Below, one piece after another: positions 1 through 11,327 of a stretch of 64,000 nucleotides of DNA. Origin of the DNA: an uncultured Acidobacteriaceae bacterium (GTDB lineage: Bacteria; Acidobacteriota; Terriglobia; Terriglobales; Acidobacteriaceae); assembly GCA_963778705.1 (NCBI GenBank), contig CAVZVM010000010.1:68241-132240 (forward strand), in the 5' to 3' direction. A model generated the notes under the pieces. The model saw only the letters and a list, made by a program, of their open reading frames with translations. It made no database searches and was not told the DNA's origin. A program made the position numbers and the translations under genes. How positions within the stretch are numbered: the stretch's first letter is position 1; each line of letters opens with the position of its first letter.

Positions 1-2070
1 AACCAGTTCTTTCCACTAACCGGCTCACGTCCGGTGATGGGCAGGCTGTTGACCGCCGGCGATGAGGAGCCGAATTCGCCAGCGACGGTGGTTGTTACTC
101 AAAGCTTCTGGGCCAGGAGCCTTTCAGCCGATCCGCGCATTATCGGCAAGACAGTGACCCTCGACGGGTCCGCTCGGGTGGTCGTCGGCGTGCTCGGAAG
201 AGATCTAGGCTTCTTCTCGAGGCCGGTGGATTACTACCTTCCATTGCGCCCTACGGCCGCCCAGGCTGCAAAGCGCGACGCTCACGGATCGATGCGCGCA
301 CTGGCTCTGCTCAAGCCCGGAGTCACACTTGCGGAGGCTCGATCGGATCTGAATACCATTCTCCAGCGCTTGGCGAAAGCCGATCCAGGTCCCGAAGACG
401 ACCATCGCTCCTATGCCGAGTTCCTCACGGATGAACGCACCGGCGGTGTCCGCCATGTCTTCGCGCTGTTGATGGGCTCGGTTGGCCTTGTTCTGATCTT
501 GGCATGCGCGAATATCGGCGGGCTGCTCTTGATTCGCATGACGACTCGAGCACGCGAGTTGGCCATTCGAACCGCGATTGGCGCGGGGCGCAGCCGTCTC
601 GCACGACAGCTTGCGACAGAGACAGTACTGATTGCCGTGTTGGGCGGCGCAGCTGGAATACTGCTGGCGTACTTTGGGCTTCGGGTACTGGTGGAGCTTG
701 GACCGCGCGACATTCCGCGACTGTCCGAAGCCAGCCTGAACCTGCCGGTGCTGATCTTTGCCGCGGCGCTCACGCTGGCGGTGGGATTGATTTGCGCACT
801 GGTGCCTGCCTTGAGCTCGGGCAATGTCAACTTGTCCGTGCTGCTCAAGGAGAGCAGCATCGGTTCAGGCAGTAGTCGCATTGGACACATGCTCCGCAGT
901 GCCCTGGTGATTGCGGAGATATCGATTGCGGTCGTGCTGCTCGTTGTTTCGGGAATTCTGCTACGGAGCCTTTGGGCTGCGGAGACCGCAAATCCTGGCT
1001 TCGACCCCGGCCATCTGCTTGCGCTTGAATTGCAGTTGCCGGCTTCGCGGTATAAGAGCGACGCGGCCGTTCTCGATTTGTATAACCGCCTTGAGGCCGC
1101 ACTTCGCGAGCAGGCAGGCGTTGAATCGGTTGGCGCAGTAAACTGCCCTCCTGCGGCCGGCGATTGCGGTGACTGGTGGTATTCGGTAGTGGAAAGGCCC
1201 ACCCCTGCGCGAGATGATGTGCCTCTCACGCTGCTGAACATGGCGGATTCAACCTATTTCAAGACCATGCGTATTTCGCTTTTGGCCGGGCGCGGTCCGG
1301 CCACTGAGGACCGCGCGGGCGGACCGCCCGTCGCGATTATCAATGAGGAGATTGCGCACGCGTGGTGGAAGGACGCGCGGTCGGCGCTCGGCCAACACAT
1401 CAAATTGGGCGGACCCTACATGAAGGGCCCCGTTCTTGAAGTCGTGGGTGTTGCCGCCAATGTGCCTCAGATGGGCCTGGACAGTCCTCCCCTCCCGGAG
1501 ATCTATTTCCCGGCCGCGCAGCGGGTCAGTCGCGCGATGGTGATCGCGATTCGCGCCCGTGGCACGCCCGAGAACATTGCAGGAACGGTGAGGCGGACGC
1601 TGGCTTCCATCGACAGCAATATTCCCATCCAATCGTTGAAGCCATTCGACGAGTGGCTTGGTGCAACCTTGGTTCAGCGGCGTTTTATCGCTTTTCTGCT
1701 GGCCATCTTTGCCGGGATCGCGGTGCTTCTGGCAGCGATCGGCTGCTACGGCGCTCTCAACTACTGGGTGAGCAGCCGGAAGCAGGAGATTGCCATCCGG
1801 ATGGCGATGGGTGCGGGAACCCTTGCGATTATTCGCCGCATCGGCAGGCGGGCGGCGAGCCTGGGTGTGCTTGGGTTGGCGATCGGGCTGGCAGGTAGCT
1901 GGGGCGCGTCGCGATGGATGAGCAGCCTGGTGTTCGGCATCAGTGCTCACGATCCCCTGGTTCTTGGCGCAGCAGCGCTCAGCGCGATGCTGATTGTTGT
2001 CCTGGCAGCGGCGGTTCCGTTATGGCGCGCTGTCCGTATCAATCCAATTGAAACGCTCCATGGCGCTTGA
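1..2070 (+). CDS. ADOP-family (MacB/FtsX-like duplicated) ABC transporter permease, 5'-partial
   Basis: ORF 34..2070 remains open back to nt 1 (NQFFPLTGSRPVMGRLL...). It has a MacB-like periplasmic core followed by FtsX-type TM bundles. C-terminal ...RINPIETLH is typical of the family. Confidence 0.85.
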   Translation, partial: NQFFPLTGSRPVMGRLLTAGDEEPNSPATVVVTQSFWARSLSADPRIIGKTVTLDGSARVVVGVLGRDLGFFSRPVDYYLPLRPTAAQAAKRDAHGSMRALALLKPGVTLAEARSDLNTILQRLAKADPGPEDDHRSYAEFLTDERTGGVRHVFALLMGSVGLVLILACANIGGLLLIRMTTRARELAIRTAIGAGRSRLARQLATETVLIAVLGGAAGILLAYFGLRVLVELGPRDIPRLSEASLNLPVLIFAAALTLAVGLICALVPALSSGNVNLSVLLKESSIGSGSSRIGHMLRSALVIAEISIAVVLLVVSGILLRSLWAAETANPGFDPGHLLALELQLPASRYKSDAAVLDLYNRLEAALREQAGVESVGAVNCPPAAGDCGDWWYSVVERPTPARDDVPLTLLNMADSTYFKTMRISLLAGRGPATEDRAGGPPVAIINEEIAHAWWKDARSALGQHIKLGGPYMKGPVLEVVGVAANVPQMGLDSPPLPEIYFPAAQRVSRAMVIAIRARGTPENIAGTVRRTLASIDSNIPIQSLKPFDEWLGATLVQRRFIAFLLAIFAGIAVLLAAIGCYGALNYWVSSRKQEIAIRMAMGAGTLAIIRRIGRRAASLGVLGLAIGLAGSWGASRWMSSLVFGISAHDPLVLGAAALSAMLIVVLAAAVPLWRAVRINPIETLHGA

Positions 2071-2247
2071 GGAAACGAGTGGCAGGATTGGTTGTTCTAA
2101 GTACCCCATCCTCACGCCCGGCCCCTGCGCGTCCCTGCACAAAACTCCCTCAAAATAGGGTGAACCTAAAGGCACACGGTTTTCGACGTTCGCTCGGGCG
2201 TCGTCCCTCAGCTCCTGAGCACTGAGAGCTGTGAACTATGGCCTGTC

Positions 2248-2790
2248 TTATTGAGGCTTCGGCTCGGCCCGGTCCTGGCCCCGCTCGTCCTTGTGCAGGT
2301 CGAAGTACTCCGTCTGCTCCTTCAGCATCTGCGCCGCCTGATCGGCCAGATCCTTCTCGCTCTCGATCGCCTCTTTGCGCGACAGATCGAACCCTGGCTC
2401 GGTTGGAAGTGCGTTCAGCACACCCAGCCACTGTTTGCTCGCATCGGTCAGCAATTTCAGTGACTTGCGCATGTCAGCCTTGCGTTCGCCATACTGGTCC
2501 AGGTTCGATCCCAACTCGTCCATCAGGGCGGTCAGGTCCTGCAACTCATCGTCCATCCGCTTGGAGCGAGCGCCTGAGTGAATGCGTGGCGTCAGACCCT
2601 TGATGGTGTCAACATGTTCGCCGACAAACTGTGCGTAGAGCTTGATACGCGCATCCGGGTCGATCCCTGCCTCGCGAATCTTGTCGACTTGTACGTCGGT
2701 CAGCGGTTGGCGATGCTCCCTTTGCGCCGTCGCAGGCGCCGCCAACACCCACAACACACATCCCCCTAGCAACAGGCTTCGTTTCAACAT
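2248..2790 (-). CDS. hypothetical secreted helical protein
   Basis: Internal Met (MLKRSLLLGGCVLWVLAAPATAQ) gives a clean signal peptide. A GGAG-like RBS lies just upstream. The longer ORF extension looks non-coding. Confidence 0.5.
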   Translation of the reverse strand: MLKRSLLLGGCVLWVLAAPATAQREHRQPLTDVQVDKIREAGIDPDARIKLYAQFVGEHVDTIKGLTPRIHSGARSKRMDDELQDLTALMDELGSNLDQYGERKADMRKSLKLLTDASKQWLGVLNALPTEPGFDLSRKEAIESEKDLADQAAQMLKEQTEYFDLHKDERGQDRAEPKPQ

Positions 2791-2896
2791 GGTTTCTCCC
2801 CCACCCCAATGCTGACGGCAACAATTCAAGCACATCGTACGCGTGCAGAGGAAACCGCCTGTTTGAAAGGGAAGGGAGCTGGGACGAATGCGAAGG

Positions 2897-3355
2897 CTAT
2901 TTCTTGAAGACCTGTAACATCGCCTCGTTCTCGGCCTGATTGACCTGCGCGAGGGTCTGCTCGACCAAGGGCCGTTCTTCATAGCTGCTCGAGTGCAGCA
3001 TCTCGGTCAGACGAAACGCGGTGTGCCGCAGCAGAATCTCTGCGTTCTTCAATCGCTTGTTGTCTTCGGATACGGAGAGATGCACATGGTGCGCCAGCTG
3101 TTGAACCCGCTTCAGCAGATCGCTCGCTTTATCGACGTTGCCGGCAGCGTACTGCCTAAGGCTGAACTCCGTCATCTGGTGAATCAGCTCCGCATACAGG
3201 AAGCACTGATCCTTCGGTTGTGCGTCCGGAATCTTGGCTTCTAACGCAGCAATGCTGTCCTGATCGGCTACCTTGTCATCGGGGGTGTACGCGCGCGCTT
3301 GTATTGTCAGTGTAGGTAGAAGGACGAGGACCGCCAACGAAACCCGAACGCGCAT
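2897..3355 (-). CDS. hypothetical secreted protein
   Basis: Internal Met MRVRVSLAVLVLLPTLTIQARA is a signal peptide. Same strand as the neighbouring secreted proteins. Confidence 0.5.
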   Translation of the reverse strand: MRVRVSLAVLVLLPTLTIQARAYTPDDKVADQDSIAALEAKIPDAQPKDQCFLYAELIHQMTEFSLRQYAAGNVDKASDLLKRVQQLAHHVHLSVSEDNKRLKNAEILLRHTAFRLTEMLHSSSYEERPLVEQTLAQVNQAENEAMLQVFKK

Positions 3356-3542
3356 GAGGGAACCTCCATTGGTTCGCAACCGGACGGCTTGGCCTCTGCC
3401 GCCCTGCCCCACGCCGTAACAATAGGAGCAATTCGGGAGAGTTTGCAAGGGCATTTGGCACTCATCCCGTTACTACCTGGTCGCCGCGACGCACGATTCT
3501 AGAAAAACTTGTGGATAATCCTTCCTGAAATAGTGGACCCGA

Positions 3543-4901
3543 TTACTTCTTCTTTTCAAGGACAAGCAATCGCTGTCTCGCTTGCCATTCCTGATCTGGA
3601 AACTTCCCCGCCGACGATTCCAAAAAGTGGTGGTAGTACTCAGCGGCTCGTTCTTTGTCGTGAATCGTATCGTAGGATGTCGCCCAAAGGAAGTAAGTCG
3701 AGGGCACCTCGGGAAGAAACTTTGACCGCATCGTAAGAGCATGTAGCGCGACAGCGGGTTGTCCCGTCTTTGACGCCGCGAACGCCAAGCCGCTCCACCC
3801 ATCGCCCGCCGCGGGATCGAGCCGGGTTGCCTTGTCGAAGACGCCAAAGGCCTCAGGATACTTGAGTTGCCGGATCAGGTTTTGACCGTGCGCAATCAGC
3901 AATTCGGGATCTCCCGGGTTTTTGCTCAAAAGGCCCAGGTACAGCTTGTCGGATCCCGCTGGATCGCCAGCCTCCGCCTCCACCTCGGCGAGCATCCGCG
4001 TGATCGCTACATCCTCGGGGTGCGCGCCGTGCAGGTTTTCGAGCAGCGGCAGCGCCTCGGCCTTATCCTGTGCCGCCAACACCATTGCCAGCTGGGCGCT
4101 CAGCACCAGATCGTTGGGAGATTTCAACAGCGCGGCACGAAGAAACGTCTCGGCCTCCGGATATTGTTTGCCTGCAATCAAGAGGTGGGCGAGGCCAGCA
4201 TTGGCCTCTGCGGATGTCGGGTCCTTCGCCAGCACCCGCCGGTACGCCGCCTCGGCAGCATCGTTCTGACCCGAGATTTCGGCAAGCTGTGCCGCAAGCA
4301 ACGTGTCGGCCGGCGTCTCAGGGCTCAGCTTCAGCGCCTCCAGCAACTCCTCGGAACTTCGAAGTGCATCTCCCGCATGACCCGGCCCCGGCTTGTCGAT
4401 ATTCGCGAGTGCCCGCCAGGCGCGCGCTTTCAGCTCGGTCCCGGCCGGGCCCGGATCGAGTTTGGTTGCTGCCTCCAACTCGGGCCGCGCCTCATCCAGC
4501 TTGTTCTGTCGAGCCAGTAACAGCCCTAGCGACAGGTGCGCCTCACAGGATTGTGGATTCGCGTCCGTGGCCCGTCGATAAAGTCCGACCGCGTCGTCCA
4601 GGCGGTTCTGTGCGTCTGCCACGTAGCCTGCATCAAAGAGCGCGCGTGCATCCCCCGGATGCGTTGCCAGCCATGTGTCCAGCTTGGTCTCTGCTGTCTT
4701 CCAATCCGCTTTGACGATGGCTGCCTCGGCGTCAGCAACTGGCGGAGGAAGCCCACGTTCTGCTGCCGGTGCGTTCGCCGATGGCAGAGTCGTTTCTCCC
4801 GACGGCCTCGAGCTCTGCGCGAAACAGTTTGAACCAGCGACGCACGTAAATCCAATCACAACCGAAACGGCAAATCGAACCACAAACAACCTCATCTTCA
4901 T
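3543..4901 (-). CDS. tetratricopeptide (TPR) repeat protein, secreted
   Basis: N-terminal signal peptide (MKMRLFVVRFAVSVVIGFTCVAGSNCFA). Repeated A..Y...L...P....A...LG TPR-like units run throughout. Confidence 0.8.
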   Translation of the reverse strand: MKMRLFVVRFAVSVVIGFTCVAGSNCFAQSSRPSGETTLPSANAPAAERGLPPPVADAEAAIVKADWKTAETKLDTWLATHPGDARALFDAGYVADAQNRLDDAVGLYRRATDANPQSCEAHLSLGLLLARQNKLDEARPELEAATKLDPGPAGTELKARAWRALANIDKPGPGHAGDALRSSEELLEALKLSPETPADTLLAAQLAEISGQNDAAEAAYRRVLAKDPTSAEANAGLAHLLIAGKQYPEAETFLRAALLKSPNDLVLSAQLAMVLAAQDKAEALPLLENLHGAHPEDVAITRMLAEVEAEAGDPAGSDKLYLGLLSKNPGDPELLIAHGQNLIRQLKYPEAFGVFDKATRLDPAAGDGWSGLAFAASKTGQPAVALHALTMRSKFLPEVPSTYFLWATSYDTIHDKERAAEYYHHFLESSAGKFPDQEWQARQRLLVLEKKK

Positions 4902-5442
4902 TCTATTCTTTGACGTATCTGGCTGAGAGGTGCCTTATCGGTTAGCGAAACCTTGCGCAATGAGCGATCATCTAACCAACAGGGCTTGGCGTAATTGGGT
5001 CGGTTTCAAGTTCCTCTGGCGAGGCCGGCTATAGGCTGAGGATCGCGACGCCGCGCGAACGCAAAAGGGCGGGAATCAGGTTTCCGGAAAAACGCTGATT
5101 TCAGAGCCGTTTTCACGAGCTCGACCGAACAGTAATGAAATCGATGTGACTAAACGGGCAGAGCGTTCTCGCGCAAAGTAACTTCTTTTTTTGGCAAATT
5201 GGGGAATGGAAATGCACATCGCTTTTCGTTAACCTAATTGTCAGATAAGGGGCGAGCGGCGTGAGTGCTTCAGCCCAAAGAAAGAACTCAAAGCTGCGGC
5301 TCTTTCGTCAAACATTTTGTGAAGTGCCGCAAACAACTCTTTCCCAACGGGGCCCATCAACCGTGTTAGGGAATTTTATCGAGCGCGGCTTTAGTTCCCG
5401 CTCTTTGGTTGCCAACCCAGTTTTGATGAGACAGGTGAAACA

Positions 5443-5661
5443 ATGAACTCCCCAATGCTGCAGCATATTCCCCTCAAATCGGCTTTCCTTTGCCAGGATT
5501 GTGATTGCGTTGGAAACTCGGCGACACGCTGCCCGGCCTGCGCATCGAATGCATTGATGAACCTCGCCGCGGTGCTGAACCGCAACGAAATCGAAGCGGA
5601 TGTCGCCATGCCGAGCTTCGCGTTTGCGGTTCCTCGAACGACAGCGGCACTCGCAGCTTAG
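5443..5661 (+). CDS. small CxxC...CxxC zinc-ribbon-like hypothetical protein (72 aa)
   Basis: AGGTGA RBS about 6 nt upstream of the ATG. Motif CQDCDC...CPAC. No family recognised. Confidence 0.3.
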   Translation: MNSPMLQHIPLKSAFLCQDCDCVGNSATRCPACASNALMNLAAVLNRNEIEADVAMPSFAFAVPRTTAALAA

Positions 5662-5879
5662 AGCGGTTAAGAATCTCAACTCAGAGGTTTCGGCACGCGG
5701 GTTTTCCGTGTGCGCGAGAATGCGCGCATCCTCGGAAGCTCCTCGCAAGTGGTCCGAGTGCCCGGTCTGTTGACGCGCATGCAACGCCTCCCGCCTATAA
5801 TGAAAAGTGGAGGATTGTGCCCCGTGTCTCCTTGAGACACCTGTAGCACGGCCTCCGACTTTCTTTCGGTGTTTTCCCG

Positions 5880-8789
5880 TTGACTTCGAACGATGCGATC
5901 GTCATCCGCGGTGCGCGGACCCACAATCTGAAGAACATCTCCTGCGAAATCCCGCATGGTAAGCTGACCGTCGTCAGCGGAGTGTCGGGATCGGGCAAGT
6001 CCTCGCTCGCCTTTGACACGATCTACGCCGAAGGGCAGCGACGCTACGTCGAATCGCTCTCCGCCTACGCTCGCCAGTTCCTGGAGCGCATCGAGAAGCC
6101 CGACGTCGACGAGATCGAGGGCCTCGCCCCCGCCATCGCCATCAAGCAGAAGAACACCACGCGCAATCCTCGTTCCACCGTCGCCACCGCGACAGAAATC
6201 TACGACTACCTCCGACTGCTCTACGCGCGCTGCGGCGAAGTCCATTGCGTCTACTGCGACGGCATCGTGAAGCGCGATTCCATGGACGAAGTGGCCATAG
6301 CAATTCTCGCATTGGGCGAAGGCACGCGCCTCAACGCGCTGTTCCCGGTCCGGCATGAAGAACCTTTCGCCGAGCCCACAAAACCGGGGAAGCGGACCGC
6401 GAAGTCCACATCGAAGTCGAGTGCTAAGGCGGCCGCAAAAACCGCCGTTATCGAGCAGATCGGCGAAGCCATGAAAGCCCGCCTTACCGAGCTGCGCAGT
6501 GCCGGGTTCAATCGTCTCTACCAGAACGGTCAGATCTTCGAGTTTTCTACTCCGGAGTCACTGCTCGACATCGACTTCGATGAGCCCGTTTTCGTACTCG
6601 TCGATCGCATCGTAGTCAGCAGTGAGAATCGTTCCCGCATCGTCGACGCCGCCGAGACCGCGTATCGCGAATCGGGCGAAGTCTTCTTCGAAGAGGTTCC
6701 CCGCGACGACTCAGCGCGCAAGCAGCATCGTTTCTCAGGCGAGTATCGTTGTACCAGCTGCCATCGCCCCGGCCGCGAGCCCGAACCACGCCTCTTTAGT
6801 TTCAACAACCCCTTTGGTGCCTGCCCCCGCTGCCAGGGCTTCGGCAACACAGTCGACTACGACTTGAACCTTGTCATTCCGGACAAGAGCCTGAGCTTGA
6901 ATGACGGCGCAATCGATCCCTGGAACCGCCCAAAGTATCGCTCCTGGTTCACGGATCTGAAGAAGCAGGCTGCCGAGCTGCGTATTCCCCTCGACAAGCC
7001 CTGGCGCGAGCTTTCCAACGATGTCCGAGAAATCGTGCTGCGCGGGAAGGGAAGCTTCGCCGGAGTGCACGGCTTCTTCGCGCAGATGGAGCGCAAGAAG
7101 TACAAGCTTCACGTGCGCGTGATGCTCAGCAAATATCGTGGCTACGCCGAGTGTCCCGATTGCCGTGGCCAGCGTCTCCGCGCCGAAGCCCGGGCCGTAC
7201 GGATCAATGGCCTCAACATCTGCCAGGCCTCTGCGCTCACCATCGCCAAAGCGAAAGACTTCTTCGCGGGACTCAACCTCTCGCCGATGCAGGAGGAGAT
7301 TGCCGGTTCGATCCTCGACGAGGTCCGCCAACGCCTCACGTTTCTTGACGCCGTGGGCCTCGAATACCTGACCCTCGATCGGCTTGCCTCTACACTCTCC
7401 GGCGGCGAAGCACAGCGGATCCAGCTTGCGACTTCGCTCGGGTCGCGGCTGGTCGGTGCGCTCTACGTCCTCGACGAACCCTCGATCGGCCTGCACACGC
7501 GCGACACCGATCGCCTGATTCACATCCTCAAAGACCTGCGCGATCTTGGCAACACCATCGTTGTCGTCGAGCACGATCCAGACGTGCTCCGTGCCGCAGA
7601 TCATCTTCTCGATTTGGGCCCAGGGGCGGGTGAGTTCGGCGGTAAGGTCCTTGCCGAGGGCGTGCTTGCCGAGATCGAGGCCAACCCAAACTCGCTCACT
7701 GGCAAATATCTCTCCGGCAAGATCAACATCCCGGTGCCCACGCGCCGACGGTCTCCGGGCCGCGAGCGACTCGTGCTCAAGGGCGCAGAGGCCAACAATC
7801 TTCACGGACTCAACGTCGAGATTCCTCTGGGCATGTTGGTCGCCGTCACCGGCGTCTCCGGCTCCGGCAAGTCAACGCTCGTTCACCAGGTTCTCTTCCG
7901 CGCCGTTGCTCGAGCCTTGGGCCAAACCGACGGCAGCGATCCCACCGGCGTGTTCAAGTCTCTTTCCGGCGTGGAGCGTCTCAACGACGTTGTTCTCGTC
8001 GATCAGACGCCCATCGGCCGCACGCCGCGCTCGAATCCCATCACCTACATCAAGGGCTTCGATCTCATCCGCGAGCTATTCGCGGCGCAGCCCGATGCGA
8101 AGCGTCTTTCCCTCACACCTGGCCACTTCTCATTCAACGTGCCTGGCGGCCGTTGCAATACCTGCGAAGGCGACGGCACAGTCACCGTTGAGATGCAGTT
8201 CCTGGCTGACGTCGAGTTGCTTTGCGAAGACTGCAATGGCACCCGCTACCAGACCAAGATCCTTGAGGTGCGCTTCAAAGGCAAGAACATCCACGAAGTG
8301 CTGCAAATGACGGTGAAAGAGGCGCTGCGCTTCTTTGCGGGGCAGACGCGCCTGCTCGAGAAACTAGCCGTCCTCGACGAAGTGGGTCTTGGTTATCTGC
8401 GCCTCGGTCAGTCGGCGACAACCCTCTCCGGGGGCGAAGCGCAACGCGTCAAACTCGCGGCACATCTGGCACAGGTGCGCACGGCCAATGCAAACGCCAA
8501 GCCTTCGCAGGCCAGCCGCGTGCTCTACATCCTGGATGAGCCGACCACCGGCCTCCACTTTGACGATGTCTCGAAGCTCCTCACGGCATTTCGGAAGCTG
8601 ATCGATGGGGGCGGATCGCTCGTCGTCATCGAACACAACCTCGACGTGATCAAGAGCGCCGATTGGGTGATCGACCTCGGGCCCGAAGGCGGCGAAGGTG
8701 GCGGCAAAATCGTTGCCGAAGGAACTCCTGAAGAGATTGCCGGCAACCTGCACTCGCACACCGGCCATTGGCTTGCCAGGGTCCTATAG
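5880..8789 (+). CDS. uvrA: excinuclease ABC subunit A
   Basis: 969 aa with a TTG start. Carries the [25 protein letters not shown] and LSGGEAQR (twice) UvrA hallmarks and zinc-finger CxxC pairs. Confidence 0.97.
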   Translation: MTSNDAIVIRGARTHNLKNISCEIPHGKLTVVSGVSGSGKSSLAFDTIYAEGQRRYVESLSAYARQFLERIEKPDVDEIEGLAPAIAIKQKNTTRNPRSTVATATEIYDYLRLLYARCGEVHCVYCDGIVKRDSMDEVAIAILALGEGTRLNALFPVRHEEPFAEPTKPGKRTAKSTSKSSAKAAAKTAVIEQIGEAMKARLTELRSAGFNRLYQNGQIFEFSTPESLLDIDFDEPVFVLVDRIVVSSENRSRIVDAAETAYRESGEVFFEEVPRDDSARKQHRFSGEYRCTSCHRPGREPEPRLFSFNNPFGACPRCQGFGNTVDYDLNLVIPDKSLSLNDGAIDPWNRPKYRSWFTDLKKQAAELRIPLDKPWRELSNDVREIVLRGKGSFAGVHGFFAQMERKKYKLHVRVMLSKYRGYAECPDCRGQRLRAEARAVRINGLNICQASALTIAKAKDFFAGLNLSPMQEEIAGSILDEVRQRLTFLDAVGLEYLTLDRLASTLSGGEAQRIQLATSLGSRLVGALYVLDEPSIGLHTRDTDRLIHILKDLRDLGNTIVVVEHDPDVLRAADHLLDLGPGAGEFGGKVLAEGVLAEIEANPNSLTGKYLSGKINIPVPTRRRSPGRERLVLKGAEANNLHGLNVEIPLGMLVAVTGVSGSGKSTLVHQVLFRAVARALGQTDGSDPTGVFKSLSGVERLNDVVLVDQTPIGRTPRSNPITYIKGFDLIRELFAAQPDAKRLSLTPGHFSFNVPGGRCNTCEGDGTVTVEMQFLADVELLCEDCNGTRYQTKILEVRFKGKNIHEVLQMTVKEALRFFAGQTRLLEKLAVLDEVGLGYLRLGQSATTLSGGEAQRVKLAAHLAQVRTANANAKPSQASRVLYILDEPTTGLHFDDVSKLLTAFRKLIDGGGSLVVIEHNLDVIKSADWVIDLGPEGGEGGGKIVAEGTPEEIAGNLHSHTGHWLARVL

Positions 8790-10370
8790 AGTTTCCGGCT
8801 TCCCTTCCACCAGGCGCCGGATCCCTAGCGGATTGCCATCTTGAAGTTCCGCAGGCAGCAGAACCTGCGGAAATCCCTGAAAGCATACCGGCCGCGCAAA
8901 TCGGTAAATCGCCAGGCTTCCCACAGAAGTAAATCGAGAATCCGAGGTCGAAGGATAGGGTCCGCCGTGCACCATCGCGTGACACACTTCGACGCCAGTT
9001 GGGAAAGCGTTGAAGATCAGCCGCCCGGCTTTCTGTTCGAGGATTTGGATCAATTCTCGGTTTGCGACTAGGTCGTCTTCATCGCCGAAGATGGTGGCTG
9101 TCAGGTGCCCGTCGAGCGCCTGCGCAGCGTTGAGGTAGTCCTTCGTCCCTTCGCAGCGCACCAGCAGCGTATCCGGTCCAAAGATTTCGTCTGCCAGTTC
9201 AGGCTTGGCGAGAAACTCATCGAGCTTTGCTGTAAACAACTGCGCATTGACGCGGCAACAATGTTCGGGATTCGATCGAGCCGCTGTAGCCTCGACCTCC
9301 ACCTCGGTCGATCGCTCCTGCGTTGCCCGGCCGTACTCGCGCGCGATTCCGGGAGTCAGCAGCGTGTAGGGCTGAGCTTCATCGACGAGTTTGCCGAGTT
9401 CTTCTACGAATGTCGTTGCCTCAGGCGACCCAGGAAACAGAACTACACCCGGCTTGGTGCAGAACTGCCCCGCGCCCAGGGTGAACGAACCGAACAGTCC
9501 AGCCGCCAACGCTCCCGGCCCCTTGCGTAGCGCACCCGGCAGCACAAATACCGGGTTGCCGCTCGACATCTCGGTGAAGCAGGGAATCGGATCGGGCCGC
9601 GTCGCCGCCAGATCCATGAGGGCCCTTCCCGCACGCAGCGAGCCCGTAAAAGCAACCGCCCTCACAAGCGGATGCTTCACCAACGCCGTTCCTGCTTCGA
9701 TTCCCGCATCGAAGACCAGCGAGAAAACTCCCGGATGCATTCCTTCGGTCGTGATCGCGTCAGCGATGATCGTGCCCACCATCTCGCTCGTTCCGGGATG
9801 CGCTGGATGTGCCTTCACAATGACCGGACATCCTGCGGCCAGCGCCGATGCCGTATCGCCGCCGGCGACTGAAAACGCCAGCGGGAAGTTACTCGCTCCA
9901 AAAACGACTACGGGGCCAAGCGGCCGCAGCATCGACCGCAGATCGGGTCTCGCCATTGGCTGTCGATCCGGCAATGCCGGGTCGATCCGTGCATTCACCC
10001 ACGAACCCTCTTCCACTACTCCTGCAAACAAGCGCAACTGCCCTGACGTGCGGCCCACTTCGCCTGTCAGTCGCGGAATAGGCAGTGCTGTTTCCAGATG
10101 AGCTCGCTCCGCCAGCTCGTCTTTGGCCGCATCAAGCCCATCGGCGATCCTGCGCAGAAATGCCGCCTTGGCTTTCCCGCTGGCCTGCGCGTAACTCGCA
10201 AACGCTGAGGAAGCCAGTTCGACGGCCGTTTCGACTTCAGCTGGCGTGGCCGAGCAGAAGATCGGGGCCAGCTTCGAGCTGCTCGAAGGGTCGATTGCCT
10301 GGAAGCACCCGCCGTCTCCTGTGCTTCGCTTGTCACCCAGAAGTGATTTGCCTAAAAGTTCCATAGTCAA
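8784..10370 (-). CDS. NADP-dependent aldehyde dehydrogenase (2,5-dioxovalerate / lactaldehyde dehydrogenase-like)
   Basis: 528 aa ALDH-superfamily protein of the KGSADH-like length class (FTGS..., GQFCT catalytic Cys region). Confidence 0.85.
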   Translation of the reverse strand: MTMELLGKSLLGDKRSTGDGGCFQAIDPSSSSKLAPIFCSATPAEVETAVELASSAFASYAQASGKAKAAFLRRIADGLDAAKDELAERAHLETALPIPRLTGEVGRTSGQLRLFAGVVEEGSWVNARIDPALPDRQPMARPDLRSMLRPLGPVVVFGASNFPLAFSVAGGDTASALAAGCPVIVKAHPAHPGTSEMVGTIIADAITTEGMHPGVFSLVFDAGIEAGTALVKHPLVRAVAFTGSLRAGRALMDLAATRPDPIPCFTEMSSGNPVFVLPGALRKGPGALAAGLFGSFTLGAGQFCTKPGVVLFPGSPEATTFVEELGKLVDEAQPYTLLTPGIAREYGRATQERSTEVEVEATAARSNPEHCCRVNAQLFTAKLDEFLAKPELADEIFGPDTLLVRCEGTKDYLNAAQALDGHLTATIFGDEDDLVANRELIQILEQKAGRLIFNAFPTGVEVCHAMVHGGPYPSTSDSRFTSVGSLAIYRFARPVCFQGFPQVLLPAELQDGNPLGIRRLVEGKPETL

Positions 10371-10445
10371 TTTGAATTATGCCGCATCGCGTTCCATGTT
10401 TTGGTCGCGTCAATTTGGTCGGCTGTCGTTCACAGCAGTCCCGAA

Positions 10446-11285
10446 TTACTCCGCGACAACTGGATTCGTCAGCGATCCGAGCCCGTCCACAGTCACAGTG
10501 ACTGTTTCTCCCGGCTTGAGCCAGCGTTTCGGTGTCCGGCCCAGGCCAACTCCCGGCGGCGTTCCGGTCGAGATCACGTCTCCCGGCAGCAAGGGGGCGA
10601 TCGAGGAGAGATGTTCGATCAGCTGCGGAAGCCCAAAGACCAGTTCACGCGTGTTCGAATTCTGTAAGACCTCACCATCAATCGAGAGGCCGATCGCCAG
10701 CGAGTGTGGATCGGCGATCTCATCCGCCGTTACGATCGCCGGCCCCATGGGGCAGAATGTCGGAAAGCTCTTGCTCATCGACCACTGTGACGTCGCGAAT
10801 TGCACATCGCGCGCGCTCACATCGTTCACGATCGTGTAGCCGTAGACGTGATCCTGCCACGCTTCCGCCGGAATTCTGTAGCCGCCCTTGCCGATGACGA
10901 ATGCGAACTCGGCCTCGTAGTCGGGCTCCGTCGAGTTCTTCGGCAGCACAATGTTCTCGCCCGGCCCAACGATCGAAGTCGTCAGCTTGAAGAACACCAC
11001 AGGAACCTTGGGAACTTCCATCCCCGACTCTTTCGCGTGATCGCGGTAGTTCAGGCCAATGGCGAACACGCGTGGAGGATTCGAGATTGGCGCATGCAGG
11101 CGCACGTCGTTGAGCCGGTGTGTGGGGTAAGCGCCGGGCCGATCCATCGAACGAACGCCGGCTGCGATCACAGCCAGCGTATCGGCATATCCGGCGGCGC
11201 TGAGATCGGCGACCAGGTTGCCGTCCTCCAGAAATGCTCCGGGACGAACCTTGCCATCCGCGGCAGAAAACGACACAAGCTTCAT
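10446..11285 (-). CDS. fumarylacetoacetate hydrolase (FAH) family protein
   Basis: 279 aa. FAH C-terminal domain motifs present (GLNYRDHAKE, YEAEFAFVIG, TGTPPGVG). Confidence 0.85.
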   Translation of the reverse strand: MKLVSFSAADGKVRPGAFLEDGNLVADLSAAGYADTLAVIAAGVRSMDRPGAYPTHRLNDVRLHAPISNPPRVFAIGLNYRDHAKESGMEVPKVPVVFFKLTTSIVGPGENIVLPKNSTEPDYEAEFAFVIGKGGYRIPAEAWQDHVYGYTIVNDVSARDVQFATSQWSMSKSFPTFCPMGPAIVTADEIADPHSLAIGLSIDGEVLQNSNTRELVFGLPQLIEHLSSIAPLLPGDVISTGTPPGVGLGRTPKRWLKPGETVTVTVDGLGSLTNPVVAE

Positions 11286-11327
11286 GTGGCCCTCCAGGGC
11301 AATTGGAAAATAGAAGGAAGAGACAGA

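Noticed and set aside
6735-7805. 356-aa minus-strand ORF inside uvrA. Similar antisense ORFs include 411..1241, 1249..1950, 16412..17482, 53694..54515 and 20280..20951.
   Set aside because: All overlap strongly supported genes on the other strand and show no family signatures. They are GC-skewed codon artefacts.
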